A stretch of 64,000 nt of DNA from assembly GCA_902525795.1 (NCBI GenBank), contig CABZIT010000001.1, positions 19,458 to 83,457 on the forward strand, in the 5' to 3' direction. Shown in pieces: positions 55,579-64,000 of the stretch. This stretch comes from an uncultured Bacteroidota bacterium. GTDB taxonomy: Bacteria; Bacteroidota; Bacteroidia; Flavobacteriales; Flavobacteriaceae. A program made the translations under genes and the position numbers. How positions within the stretch are numbered: position 1 is the stretch's first letter; each line of letters begins with the position of its first letter. The notes below the pieces were generated by a model. It saw only the letters and a program-made list of their open reading frames with translations, was not told where the DNA came from and made no database searches.

Positions 55579-56610
55579 ATGCAACTGTACAATAAACTTA
55601 GCGCTGATGAAAGAGAGAAAATTTTAGAGGCTTCGAATTTAGATAGAATTACATTGTCATTTTATAAATATGCAAGTATAAAAAATCCAGCAAAATTTAG
55701 AGATGATCTTTTCATTTTTTGGGATAGCATTGATGTTTTGGGGAGAATTTATATTGCAAACGAAGGGATAAATGCCCAACTTTCATTACCCAAGAAAAAT
55801 TTAAAAATATTTTCAAATCATTTGATAAAAATTTCCTTTTTAAAGGGTGTGCGCATTAACATAGCTTTACAACACAACTTGAAGTCTTTTCTGAAGCTAA
55901 AAATTAAGGTCAAAGATAAAATTGTTGCAGATGGATTAAATGATAGCTCTTTTGATGTGACTAAAAAAGGGAAACATGTAAATGCCAAAGAGTTTAACAA
56001 ACTCATGAAAGATAAAAACTCCATTATTTTGGACATGAGAAATCATTATGAAAGTGAAATAGGACATTTTAAAAACGCCGTATGTCCTGACGTAGACTCT
56101 TTTAGAGACTCATTAAATATAATTGAAAGAGATGTTCTCAAGAACAAAAAAAACAAGAAATTTTTAATGTATTGTACAGGGGGGATAAGATGCGAAAAAG
56201 CAAGTGCTTATTTCAAACATAAAGGTTACCAAAATGTTTACCAACTTGAAGGCGGAATTATAGAGTATGCGAAACAAGTAAAAAAACTAGGATTAGAAAA
56301 TAATTTTATCGGAAAAAACTTTGTTTTTGATAATAGAATGGCTGAAGATGTTAGCAAGCAAGTTATTGCCAATTGCCACCAATGTGGTACCCCTTTTGAT
56401 ATTCATACAAATTGCGCCAACGATGCTTGCCATTTATTATTCATCCAATGTGAGAATTGTAAAGAACTTATGGATAATTGTTGTTCTTATGGATGTAAGG
56501 AAGTTTATGGCAAACCAATTAATGAGCAAAAAGCATTAAGAAAGGGCAAAAAAACAAAATATGATATTTTTAAAAAAGGCCGCACCACAAAAGTTTCACG
56601 AATTAATTAA
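55579..56610 (+). CDS. trhO: Rhodanese-domain tRNA uridine(34) hydroxylase TrhO (UPF0176)
   Basis: N-terminal ferredoxin-like UPF0176 domain (GRIYIANEGINAQLS). The rhodanese active-site loop is YCTGGIRCEKAS. The Cys-rich C-terminal tail is CHQCG...C..D.C...FIQCENC. Confidence 0.85.
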   Translation: MQLYNKLSADEREKILEASNLDRITLSFYKYASIKNPAKFRDDLFIFWDSIDVLGRIYIANEGINAQLSLPKKNLKIFSNHLIKISFLKGVRINIALQHNLKSFLKLKIKVKDKIVADGLNDSSFDVTKKGKHVNAKEFNKLMKDKNSIILDMRNHYESEIGHFKNAVCPDVDSFRDSLNIIERDVLKNKKNKKFLMYCTGGIRCEKASAYFKHKGYQNVYQLEGGIIEYAKQVKKLGLENNFIGKNFVFDNRMAEDVSKQVIANCHQCGTPFDIHTNCANDACHLLFIQCENCKELMDNCCSYGCKEVYGKPINEQKALRKGKKTKYDIFKKGRTTKVSRIN

Positions 56611-56613
56611 TCG

Positions 56614-57090
56614 ATGCGAAGTATATTAATTTACTTGATATTTAGTTGTATTGTTTCATGTGAATCCAACCCTCTTTACATTAAATACAATTCACTAAAT
56701 GGGGGCTGGCTAAAAGATTCAGTACAACATTTTTCCTTTCCAAATGGGGATAAATCAATGCTAACCAGCTCTTATTTGATGCTAAGAGTTAATCAAAAAT
56801 ACAGATATAATAATATTTTTGTTATAATCACAGTTACTAATTCAAATGGAATAATCTCAAAGGATACTATTGAGTATAAAGTTGCAGATAATTTCGGAAA
56901 ATTTTTTGGCTCTAAAATGATTAATATATATGAACTAAGTTTACTTCATAAAAAGGGTATTCAACTCATACCAAAAGAAAATTATTTTATTAATGTTGAG
57001 CATGCCATGAGAAATGCAGACGAAACGGTTGGAGTTGAAAGGCTAGAAGGAGTGTTAGATGTAGGATACAAGTTGGAAAAACAAAGATAA
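56614..57090 (+). CDS. gldH: Gliding motility lipoprotein GldH
   Basis: A 158-aa lipoprotein (LIFSCIVSC). The segment Y.SL..GW.KDS...F.F resembles the GldH N-terminus. Its position directly upstream of PBP1A is as in other flavobacteria, from memory. Confidence 0.6.
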   Translation: MRSILIYLIFSCIVSCESNPLYIKYNSLNGGWLKDSVQHFSFPNGDKSMLTSSYLMLRVNQKYRYNNIFVIITVTNSNGIISKDTIEYKVADNFGKFFGSKMINIYELSLLHKKGIQLIPKENYFINVEHAMRNADETVGVERLEGVLDVGYKLEKQR

Positions 57091-59411
57091 TGTCAAAAAG
57101 CAAAAGATTTAGATTTTACACTTTCATCCTCTGGTTTATAGTTACAACACCAATATTTATTGTTTTTGGACTTTTCTATTTTGCCTCGGTTGGAGGTTTT
57201 GGTGAAATGCCAGACTTAGAAGTATTGGAGAATCCAAAAACTAAGTTAGCATCTGAGGTTATTTCATCGGACAATAAAACATTAGGAAAATATTACTTCA
57301 ATGATAATAGAACACCTGTTACATTTGAAGAACTACCCAGCCACCTTGTTGATGCTTTAATAGCTACAGAGGATATAAGATTTTATTCACATAGTGGTAT
57401 TGATTTTAAAAGGACATTTGGTGCAATTATAAAATTTGGTAAAGACGGGGGAGGCAGTACAATCACCCAGCAGCTGGCTAAACAATTATTCACTGGCGAA
57501 GGATCAAGAGATATGGTTGAGAGGATTTCTCAAAAAATCAAAGAGTACATTATTGCTGTTCGTTTGGAGAGACAATATACCAAAGATGAAATTATTGCTC
57601 AATACTTAAATATATATGATTTTAATAATAATGCTGATGGCATTAGGAGTGCCGCAAGGATTTATTTTGGGAAAGAGCCAATTGATCTTGACTTAAATGA
57701 GTCAGCAATTTTGGTAGGTATGCTTAAAAACTCCTCTCTGTATAATCCACGACCCCGCAGAAACCCGGTTGGTGTAAAAAACAGAAGAAATGTTGTGTTA
57801 AATCAGATGAAAAAATACAATTATTTGCGTGAAGAAATAGTTGATTCATTAAAAATGCAACCTTTGAATTTAAGCTATACCCCTGAGTCTCACCGTGAGG
57901 GGCTTGCAACTTATTTTAGGGAGTTTCTGAGATCTTACATGAAAAGTTGGGTAAATTCCAATGAAAATAGAAAGCCTGATGGTTCTAAATATAATTTAAA
58001 TACAGACGGCTTAAAAATTTACACAACTATAAACTATGAGATGCAAAAAATTGCTGAGGAAGCCATAGGCCAGCATATGCCAAGGTTGCAAAAGGAATTT
58101 TTTGAACAAAACAAATTAGTTGATGACTCTATCGCCCCCTTTCGAGATTTGACTATTGGAGCGGTTGATACAATTCTAAGGCTTTCTATGAAAAGATCTG
58201 AAAGGTGGAGAAAAATGAAATATGATTTACGCAAAGATGAAGAAGAAATTAAAGAATCTTTTTACGAGCCGGTGAAGATGTCAATTTTTTCATGGGATGG
58301 AGAAATAGACACTATTATGACACCTATAGATTCAATGAAATACTATAAGTCTTTTTTTAGGCCTGGGATGATGTCAATGGACCCAAGAAATGGAAAAATT
58401 AAGGCATGGGTAGGAGGCATGAATTATAGGCATTTCCAATATGACATGGTAAAAAAAGGAAAGCGTCAAATTGGCTCTACTTTTAAACCCTTTGTTTATG
58501 CAGCAGCAATCGATCAATTAAAACTATCGCCGTGTGACACTTTTCCAGACAGCCAGTTTTGTGTCGAAAAAAATAAATTTGGTAATATTGAAAAATGGTG
58601 TCCCAAAAACTCAGGTGATAAGTATGGGAAAACAAGAACTTTAAAAAATGCCCTTGCGAATTCTATAAATACTGTAACAGCAAGGTTAATCGATAAAATT
58701 GGGCCAAGAATTGTTGCAAACCTTGCCAAAGACTTAGGGATTGAGCAGAAAATTTTTCCAGTACCTTCAATAGCTCTAGGAACCCCCGACTTAAGTGTTT
58801 ATGAAATGGTAGCAGCATATTCAACTTTTGCTAATAAAGGCGTTTATACTAAGCCGTCTTTTATCGAAAAAATTGAAGATAAAAATGGAACAATTCTTTT
58901 TCAATCGAATCCTGAAATAAAAGATGTTTTGAGTGAGGAAGCAGCATATGTAACTGTAAATTTATTAGAAGGCGTGACTACTGCTGGATCAGGGACAAGG
59001 CTCAGAACAGTTGGTGCAGATGACTATAACAGAGCATACCAAAAAGTTGTTACTGGCTACCCCTATGAATTTAAAAACCCTATCGCTGGTAAAACCGGTA
59101 CAACTCAAAATCAAAGCGATGGATGGTTTATTGGAATGGTTCCTAATTTGGTTACCGGCGTATGGGTTGGAGCTGAAGATAGAGCAATACACTTTGAAGA
59201 TATTGCATACGGACAAGGGGCAACAATGGCCTTACCAATATGGGCAAATTATATGAGAAATATTTATCTTGACACAACACTTATGATTTCAAAAGAGCCA
59301 TTTGAAAAACCTCAGATTTTGAATATAGAGCTAGACTGTAATAAGTTTGTGATTGATAGTACTGGCACTGGAAAAACCACAGATCAAGAAATTCAGGATA
59401 TTGATTTTTAA
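57090..59411 (+). CDS. mrcA: Class A penicillin-binding protein (PBP1A: glycosyltransferase + transpeptidase)
   Basis: GT51 motifs EDIRFYSHSGID, GGSTITQQLAK and RKIKEY-like. Transpeptidase motifs STFKP (SxxK) and KTGTT. TAATG overlap with gldH. Confidence 0.93.
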   Translation: MSKSKRFRFYTFILWFIVTTPIFIVFGLFYFASVGGFGEMPDLEVLENPKTKLASEVISSDNKTLGKYYFNDNRTPVTFEELPSHLVDALIATEDIRFYSHSGIDFKRTFGAIIKFGKDGGGSTITQQLAKQLFTGEGSRDMVERISQKIKEYIIAVRLERQYTKDEIIAQYLNIYDFNNNADGIRSAARIYFGKEPIDLDLNESAILVGMLKNSSLYNPRPRRNPVGVKNRRNVVLNQMKKYNYLREEIVDSLKMQPLNLSYTPESHREGLATYFREFLRSYMKSWVNSNENRKPDGSKYNLNTDGLKIYTTINYEMQKIAEEAIGQHMPRLQKEFFEQNKLVDDSIAPFRDLTIGAVDTILRLSMKRSERWRKMKYDLRKDEEEIKESFYEPVKMSIFSWDGEIDTIMTPIDSMKYYKSFFRPGMMSMDPRNGKIKAWVGGMNYRHFQYDMVKKGKRQIGSTFKPFVYAAAIDQLKLSPCDTFPDSQFCVEKNKFGNIEKWCPKNSGDKYGKTRTLKNALANSINTVTARLIDKIGPRIVANLAKDLGIEQKIFPVPSIALGTPDLSVYEMVAAYSTFANKGVYTKPSFIEKIEDKNGTILFQSNPEIKDVLSEEAAYVTVNLLEGVTTAGSGTRLRTVGADDYNRAYQKVVTGYPYEFKNPIAGKTGTTQNQSDGWFIGMVPNLVTGVWVGAEDRAIHFEDIAYGQGATMALPIWANYMRNIYLDTTLMISKEPFEKPQILNIELDCNKFVIDSTGTGKTTDQEIQDIDF

Positions 59412-59418
59412 ATCGGAA

Positions 59419-61017
59419 TTAAAAACTCAGCGCTGAAATAAGTTTTTTTGTATAGCTATTTTTTGGGCTTTTGAAAATTTTTTCGGCAGTATTAAGTTCT
59501 ACTATTTCTCCCTTTTTTAAAACCAATATTCTATCTGCGATAAGCCTAGCTACTGAAAGATCATGTGTAATAAAAAGATAGCTTAATTTTAGCTGTTTTT
59601 TTAGTTTATTTAAAAGCGTGATGATTGTATTTTGAGTAGATATGTCCAATGCTGAGACAGCTTCATCACAAATTATTAATTTAGGATTTAAACTAATTGC
59701 TCTAGCGATACAAAGTCTTTGTTTTTGTCCACCTGAAAGCTGGTGAGGATATCTGTCTAAGTAACTTTCATCTAAGTTTACATTGTCAAGAAGCTCAGTT
59801 ACTCTAGACTTTATTTCATTTTTTGATTCTAAAATCTTATGATAATAAATGCCCTCAGATAAAATCTTTTCCACAGTTTGATTTGGATTTAATGAGGCAG
59901 ATGGGTCTTGAAAAATTGCCTGAACTTGATTTCTAAATTCATCTAACTTTTTTCCATTCAGTTTAGAAATTTCATTCTCTTTATAATATACATTTCCGTG
60001 ATCAATATCACATATTTTTAATAAAATATTTGAAAGAGTGCTTTTACCACTTCCAGACTCTCCAATTACCCCTAAAGTTTCTCCTTCAAAGACATCAAAA
60101 TTTAGATTTTTAAGTGCACAGAAATCATTTTTAGCAGAAAATAAACTTTTCGATGTTGAATAATATTTATATAAGTTTTTGACTGATAATATTTTTTGAT
60201 TTTTATCATCAGAAAACTTTATTTTAATGTTTTTAGAGTGGAGGGATATTAATTCTTTAGTATATTTTTCTTTTGGAGATTTGAATATTAATTTATTTTT
60301 TCCTTGCTCAATAATCCTTCCTTTTTTTAAAATCAACAGCCTCTCGGTAAACTTTTTTACTAAACTTAAATCATGAGAAATAAATATTATAGAAAGCTTT
60401 TCAGTTTTTTGGAGCTCCTTTAATATCAGAATAATCTCTTTTTGAATTGTAACATCAAGTGCTGTTGTGGGCTCATCTGCAATTAAAATTTTTGGGCTAC
60501 ACGAAAGGGCCATGATTAACATTACTCTTTGTTGTTGTCCTCCAGAAATTTCATGAGGATATTTTTCGTTAAGGTTGTTTACAGCATTTAAGCCTGTTTT
60601 GTTTAAAAGAAAATTAATTTTATTTTCAATCTCAATTAAATTATTGGAAAAATGTGTTTTATAGCTTTCAATAATTTGTTTCCCTATTTTCATGGTTGGA
60701 TTCAAAGCTGTCATAGGCTCCTGGAAAACCATAGCAATCTTATTACCACGAATATTCCTGATATTACTTCTTTCAATTCCCAATAAATTTTCCCCTTCGA
60801 ATTGAATATTTCCAGAAATTAAAAAGTCGTTCATGTTTAACAACTTTAATATGCTCATTGAAATAAGGGTTTTCCCGCTTCCTGACTCTCCAATAATACC
60901 AAATATTTCATTCTCAAAAAGCTTGAATGAAATATTGTCAACTATTTTTTTTGAAGGGTTTTTTTTGAGGCGAATACTCAGATTTTTTAATTCTAATATT
61001 GGGGTTTTTACTTTCAA
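59419..61017 (-). CDS. ABC transporter ATP-binding protein with duplicated ATPase domains (Dpp/Opp-type, YejF/GsiA-like)
   Basis: Two complete cassettes. Walker A is GESGSGKT (twice); signatures are ISGGQQQR and LSGGQKQR; Walker B is ILIADEPT and LIICDEAV. Confidence 0.88.
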   Translation of the reverse strand: MKVKTPILELKNLSIRLKKNPSKKIVDNISFKLFENEIFGIIGESGSGKTLISMSILKLLNMNDFLISGNIQFEGENLLGIERSNIRNIRGNKIAMVFQEPMTALNPTMKIGKQIIESYKTHFSNNLIEIENKINFLLNKTGLNAVNNLNEKYPHEISGGQQQRVMLIMALSCSPKILIADEPTTALDVTIQKEIILILKELQKTEKLSIIFISHDLSLVKKFTERLLILKKGRIIEQGKNKLIFKSPKEKYTKELISLHSKNIKIKFSDDKNQKILSVKNLYKYYSTSKSLFSAKNDFCALKNLNFDVFEGETLGVIGESGSGKSTLSNILLKICDIDHGNVYYKENEISKLNGKKLDEFRNQVQAIFQDPSASLNPNQTVEKILSEGIYYHKILESKNEIKSRVTELLDNVNLDESYLDRYPHQLSGGQKQRLCIARAISLNPKLIICDEAVSALDISTQNTIITLLNKLKKQLKLSYLFITHDLSVARLIADRILVLKKGEIVELNTAEKIFKSPKNSYTKKLISALSF

Positions 61018-61020
61018 GAA

Positions 61021-62166
61021 TTAATTTATTGAAGAAGCAATTTTGTAACCTTCTGACATGTAATGTTTAATATCGCTAGTACCTTTACCATCTTCAACTT
61101 TATCAATATTTTCCCCTTGCCTTACGATAATTATATTTTCATCAGGAAAAGAAATAACAAATTGGCCTCTGTGTCCATTCATTGTAAAGACTTTTTTATC
61201 TTCAAACTCATATAACCACCAACCATACCCATAATCTGTGCTATTTTCAAAAACGGGCTTTAGAGATAAATTTACATACATGGAATCTAGTATTTTGGCT
61301 TCATCCCACATTCCTTTATTAATATAAAGCTTTCCAAATCTGGCAAAATCCCTGGCTGTAGCTGAAAAGCAGCAATACGCCTTTTCCATTCCATTTTCTT
61401 TGCTATCAATTTGCCAAAGTGCATTATTTTCAGCACCCATTGGATTCCAAAAATGTTTTTCTAAAAAATCACTTAAAGTTGAATTTGTTGCCTTTTCAAT
61501 TACCATTCCCAATAGCTGTGTGTCTCCACTTAAATATTTAAATGATTTTCCAGGCTCATTTACTATTTTTCTATTTAACATTAATGGTCTAAGGTCTTTG
61601 GTAAAATAACTTTCAGCAGTAACATTAATGGGAGTATAGTACTCTTCACTCCAATCCATTCCTGAGGACATAGAAGCTAAATTGCCAACTGTTAACTTAG
61701 ATGCCAGCCCAACTTTATATTCATCAAAAAAGTCGCTAACAGGCTGATCAATTCCTTTGATATCTCCAAGCATTATTGCTTTCCAAAGCATACTCACAAC
61801 AATACTTTTAGTAACTGAGAAAGAATTAGAAATACTTGAGTCGGAGTAACCATCGTAATACTTTTCAAAAACTATACTGTCATTTTTAATCACTAAAAAT
61901 GATTTTGTTTTTCTTTTTTTATTAATCTCTTTCAGCTTTTTAGATGCCTCAATTTGGTTGTATTGTTTATGTATCAGCCAGGGCTGAGGATTAGAGGCTA
62001 TAATTTCTCTATTGTCAAAGTATTTATAATCTGAAATAAATGCTGTATTATTTCCGGTCAACCAAACCGTTCTAATGCCCTTGAAAATATACTCAACTTG
62101 GAATGTATATACCAAAAAGATTAAAAATATAATTATTCCTATTGCCCACTTGAACCCTTTTTTCAC
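61021..62166 (-). CDS. Membrane-anchored serine hydrolase (beta-lactamase / PBP4*-like family)
   Basis: N-terminal TM, with the SxxK motif in FSVTKS and the general class-C beta-lactamase-like layout. It is 3 nt upstream of the ABC ATPase gene. Confidence 0.75.
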   Translation of the reverse strand: MKKGFKWAIGIIIFLIFLVYTFQVEYIFKGIRTVWLTGNNTAFISDYKYFDNREIIASNPQPWLIHKQYNQIEASKKLKEINKKRKTKSFLVIKNDSIVFEKYYDGYSDSSISNSFSVTKSIVVSMLWKAIMLGDIKGIDQPVSDFFDEYKVGLASKLTVGNLASMSSGMDWSEEYYTPINVTAESYFTKDLRPLMLNRKIVNEPGKSFKYLSGDTQLLGMVIEKATNSTLSDFLEKHFWNPMGAENNALWQIDSKENGMEKAYCCFSATARDFARFGKLYINKGMWDEAKILDSMYVNLSLKPVFENSTDYGYGWWLYEFEDKKVFTMNGHRGQFVISFPDENIIIVRQGENIDKVEDGKGTSDIKHYMSEGYKIASSIN

Positions 62167-62263
62167 AATTAAATTTTTTTTGTAAATATAGTAATTATAA
62201 AGCCTTTATTTTTTCGATTTAGCAGATTAAATCAAATAGGAAAATAAATAATCATTAATTTTA

Positions 62264-63730
62264 TTGTGCATTAAAATAATTTTTATTTTGAAAAAATCTA
62301 AAGAAAATAAAGTTTCCCTAAGCTCAAGAATCTTCTTCTATATGATGGTATTTGTTGTTGTAGAATCCATTATGATTGCAGGGGTTACCTTGTATCAGTT
62401 TAATAAACAAAACTCTGAGTATCATGAAGATAGACTTGAGAGAAAAGAGAAAAATTTGTTGGCTGATATTCAGTATGAAGTCAAAAAATCATTAGACTCA
62501 ACTTTAGAATCTTTATCTGATTCAACAGTCATGGAAATGGCAGATGTCCACAATATGGAATTTGAGCTTTACAGTTTAGATGGTGTATTAATTAAAAGCT
62601 CAACTGCTGTCAAGGGAATCCCAGGAAAAACAGAGTTAAATAAAAATATTCTCAACTTTTTTTCTAAAAACTCATCTAATAGATACATGCAGGAGGAAAA
62701 AAATAACAGCTATTTCAAACCTTCATATAACTTAGTTTTATCATTAGAAAATAAACCTCTGGGAATTATTTATATTCCATATTTTGCTGATGACACCACT
62801 AGTAAAGAGGAAAGAAGCAGTTTTTTAATTAGGCTTGGTTTTGTACACGGAAATATGATTTTGGTGGCATTTGTAATAGCCTTTTTCATATCAAGCTTTG
62901 TTACAAAATCTCTTGATGCAATTGGGAAAACAATCAAACAAACACGTCTTACCGATAAAAATATAAAAATAGAAAACGATAATACGCCTAAAGAAGTCGT
63001 TGCACTTGTAGAATCTTATAATACAATGATTGATAAGCTTAAATCAAGCGCCGTAAAACTAGCTAAAAGTGAAAGAGAGACAGCATGGAGAGAAATGGCA
63101 AAACAGGTAGCCCATGAGATTAAAAATCCACTAACTCCAATGAGATTAAGTATTCAAACTTTTGAAAGGTCGTATAGTAAGGGAGAAAAATTTAGCAAAG
63201 AAAAAATTAAAGAATTTTCCAGTTCTTTAATTCAACAAATTGATACAATGAGTTCAATAGCAACAGCTTTTTCTGATTTTGCTGAAATGCCTACGCCAAA
63301 AAAAGAGAAATTAAATGTTGTTCAAATAGTTGATTTAGCATTAGATATTTTTAATAGAGATTTTATAAAATTTGAATTTCAAGACAAAGTAATAGAAGCC
63401 AGCTTTGATAGAACCCAACTAATTAGGATTATCACCAACCTATTGAAGAATGCATTTCAAGCAATTCCTGAAAATACAATTCCCGAAATTAAAGTAAGCA
63501 CAAGTTATGATGATAAACAGGTGGTAATAATGATCTCAGACAATGGTTACGGAATTTCTAAGTCTGATACTGAAAAGATTTTCGAACCAAATTTTACAAC
63601 TAAATCAAGTGGGATGGGGTTAGGGTTATCAATGATAAAAAGTATATTAGAAGCTTATAATGGATCAATTTCATTTAAGTCCAAGAAAAATAAAGGAACT
63701 ACTTTTGAAGTTAAATTTCCAAAAGAATAA
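62264..63730 (+). CDS. Sensor histidine kinase (2 TM, HAMP, HisKA, HATPase_c)
   Basis: H-box QVAHEIKNPLTPM, N-box ITNLLKNAFQA, G-boxes SDNGYGI and GMGLGLS. The start could be the TTG at 62264 or the one at 62288. Confidence 0.88.
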   Translation: MCIKIIFILKKSKENKVSLSSRIFFYMMVFVVVESIMIAGVTLYQFNKQNSEYHEDRLERKEKNLLADIQYEVKKSLDSTLESLSDSTVMEMADVHNMEFELYSLDGVLIKSSTAVKGIPGKTELNKNILNFFSKNSSNRYMQEEKNNSYFKPSYNLVLSLENKPLGIIYIPYFADDTTSKEERSSFLIRLGFVHGNMILVAFVIAFFISSFVTKSLDAIGKTIKQTRLTDKNIKIENDNTPKEVVALVESYNTMIDKLKSSAVKLAKSERETAWREMAKQVAHEIKNPLTPMRLSIQTFERSYSKGEKFSKEKIKEFSSSLIQQIDTMSSIATAFSDFAEMPTPKKEKLNVVQIVDLALDIFNRDFIKFEFQDKVIEASFDRTQLIRIITNLLKNAFQAIPENTIPEIKVSTSYDDKQVVIMISDNGYGISKSDTEKIFEPNFTTKSSGMGLGLSMIKSILEAYNGSISFKSKKNKGTTFEVKFPKE

Positions 63731-63733
63731 ACT

Positions 63734-64000
63734 ATGAAATTTGAAAATTTACTTATTAAAACAGAAAATAATATTACAACCATTTCGATTAATCGACCGA
63801 AAAAACTAAATGCTTTAAATATCAAAACATTCGAAGAAATAGCGAATGCAGTTAAATTAAATGTTTTAAATGAAAATACTAAATGCATAATTATTACTGG
63901 CGTTGGCGACAAAGCATTTATTGCAGGTGCTGACATTAAAGAATTCTTAGATTATAATGCAAGCGATGCATATGATTTTTCTGAAAATGGGAATAAGTTC
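63734..64000 (+). CDS. Enoyl-CoA hydratase/isomerase (crotonase) family protein, N-terminal 89 codons; 3' end cut by window edge
   Basis: Hand translation gives MKFENLLIKTENNITTISINRPKKLNALN...IIITGVGDKAFIAGADIKEF, the crotonase oxyanion-hole signature. It is absent from the ORF track because no stop codon lies inside the window. Confidence 0.85.
   Translation, partial: MKFENLLIKTENNITTISINRPKKLNALNIKTFEEIANAVKLNVLNENTKCIIITGVGDKAFIAGADIKEFLDYNASDAYDFSENGNKF

Overview
This window reads as an ordinary chromosomal segment of a low-GC Flavobacteriia (Bacteroidota) genome. The lineage call rests on gldH, a PorW/SprE-like T9SS lipoprotein, DUF4837/DUF4292/DUF2807-type proteins, an atp operon without beta/epsilon, TAnnTTTG -7 promoter boxes and no Shine-Dalgarno signal. 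About 62 tightly packed CDS are supported, many with ATGA/TAATG stop-start overlaps, plus one tRNA-Cys and one clear bidirectional terminator. Most genes are housekeeping: lepA, rnpA, rpiB, rnr, folB, glnS, gltX, ybeY, mnmG, holB-like, pgk, tatA, purD, atpZ-atpBEFHAG, dut, trpS, plsC, recA, trhO, gldH and PBP1A. The only clearly accessory block is a very AT-rich Wzx/Wzy-type polysaccharide island at about 28.6-36.9 kb, between a GH3-family gene and purD. I found no CRISPR array, transposase, integrase, phage module, toxin-antitoxin pair or recognisable defence system, and no convincing undescribed multi-gene system. The most notable signals are non-coding. First, a perfect 16-bp parS site (19789-19804) and a 14/16 parS (17895-17910) bracket mnmG, marking the region as origin-proximal. 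Second, a 434-bp, roughly 14% GC spacer (8379-8812) lies between divergent rpiB and rnr; it carries repeated AAAGTTGT-TATATA motifs and an AT palindrome, and is a weak oriC/DUE candidate without DnaA boxes. Third, an atpZ-like sORF is missing from the ORF track, and its conserved N-terminus has no ATG/GTG/TTG start. Several ORF-track starts appear over-extended (MBL hydrolase, M1 peptidase, rnpA, holB-like, DUF4292) and are trimmed below. Family names come from motif recognition by eye, not database searches.
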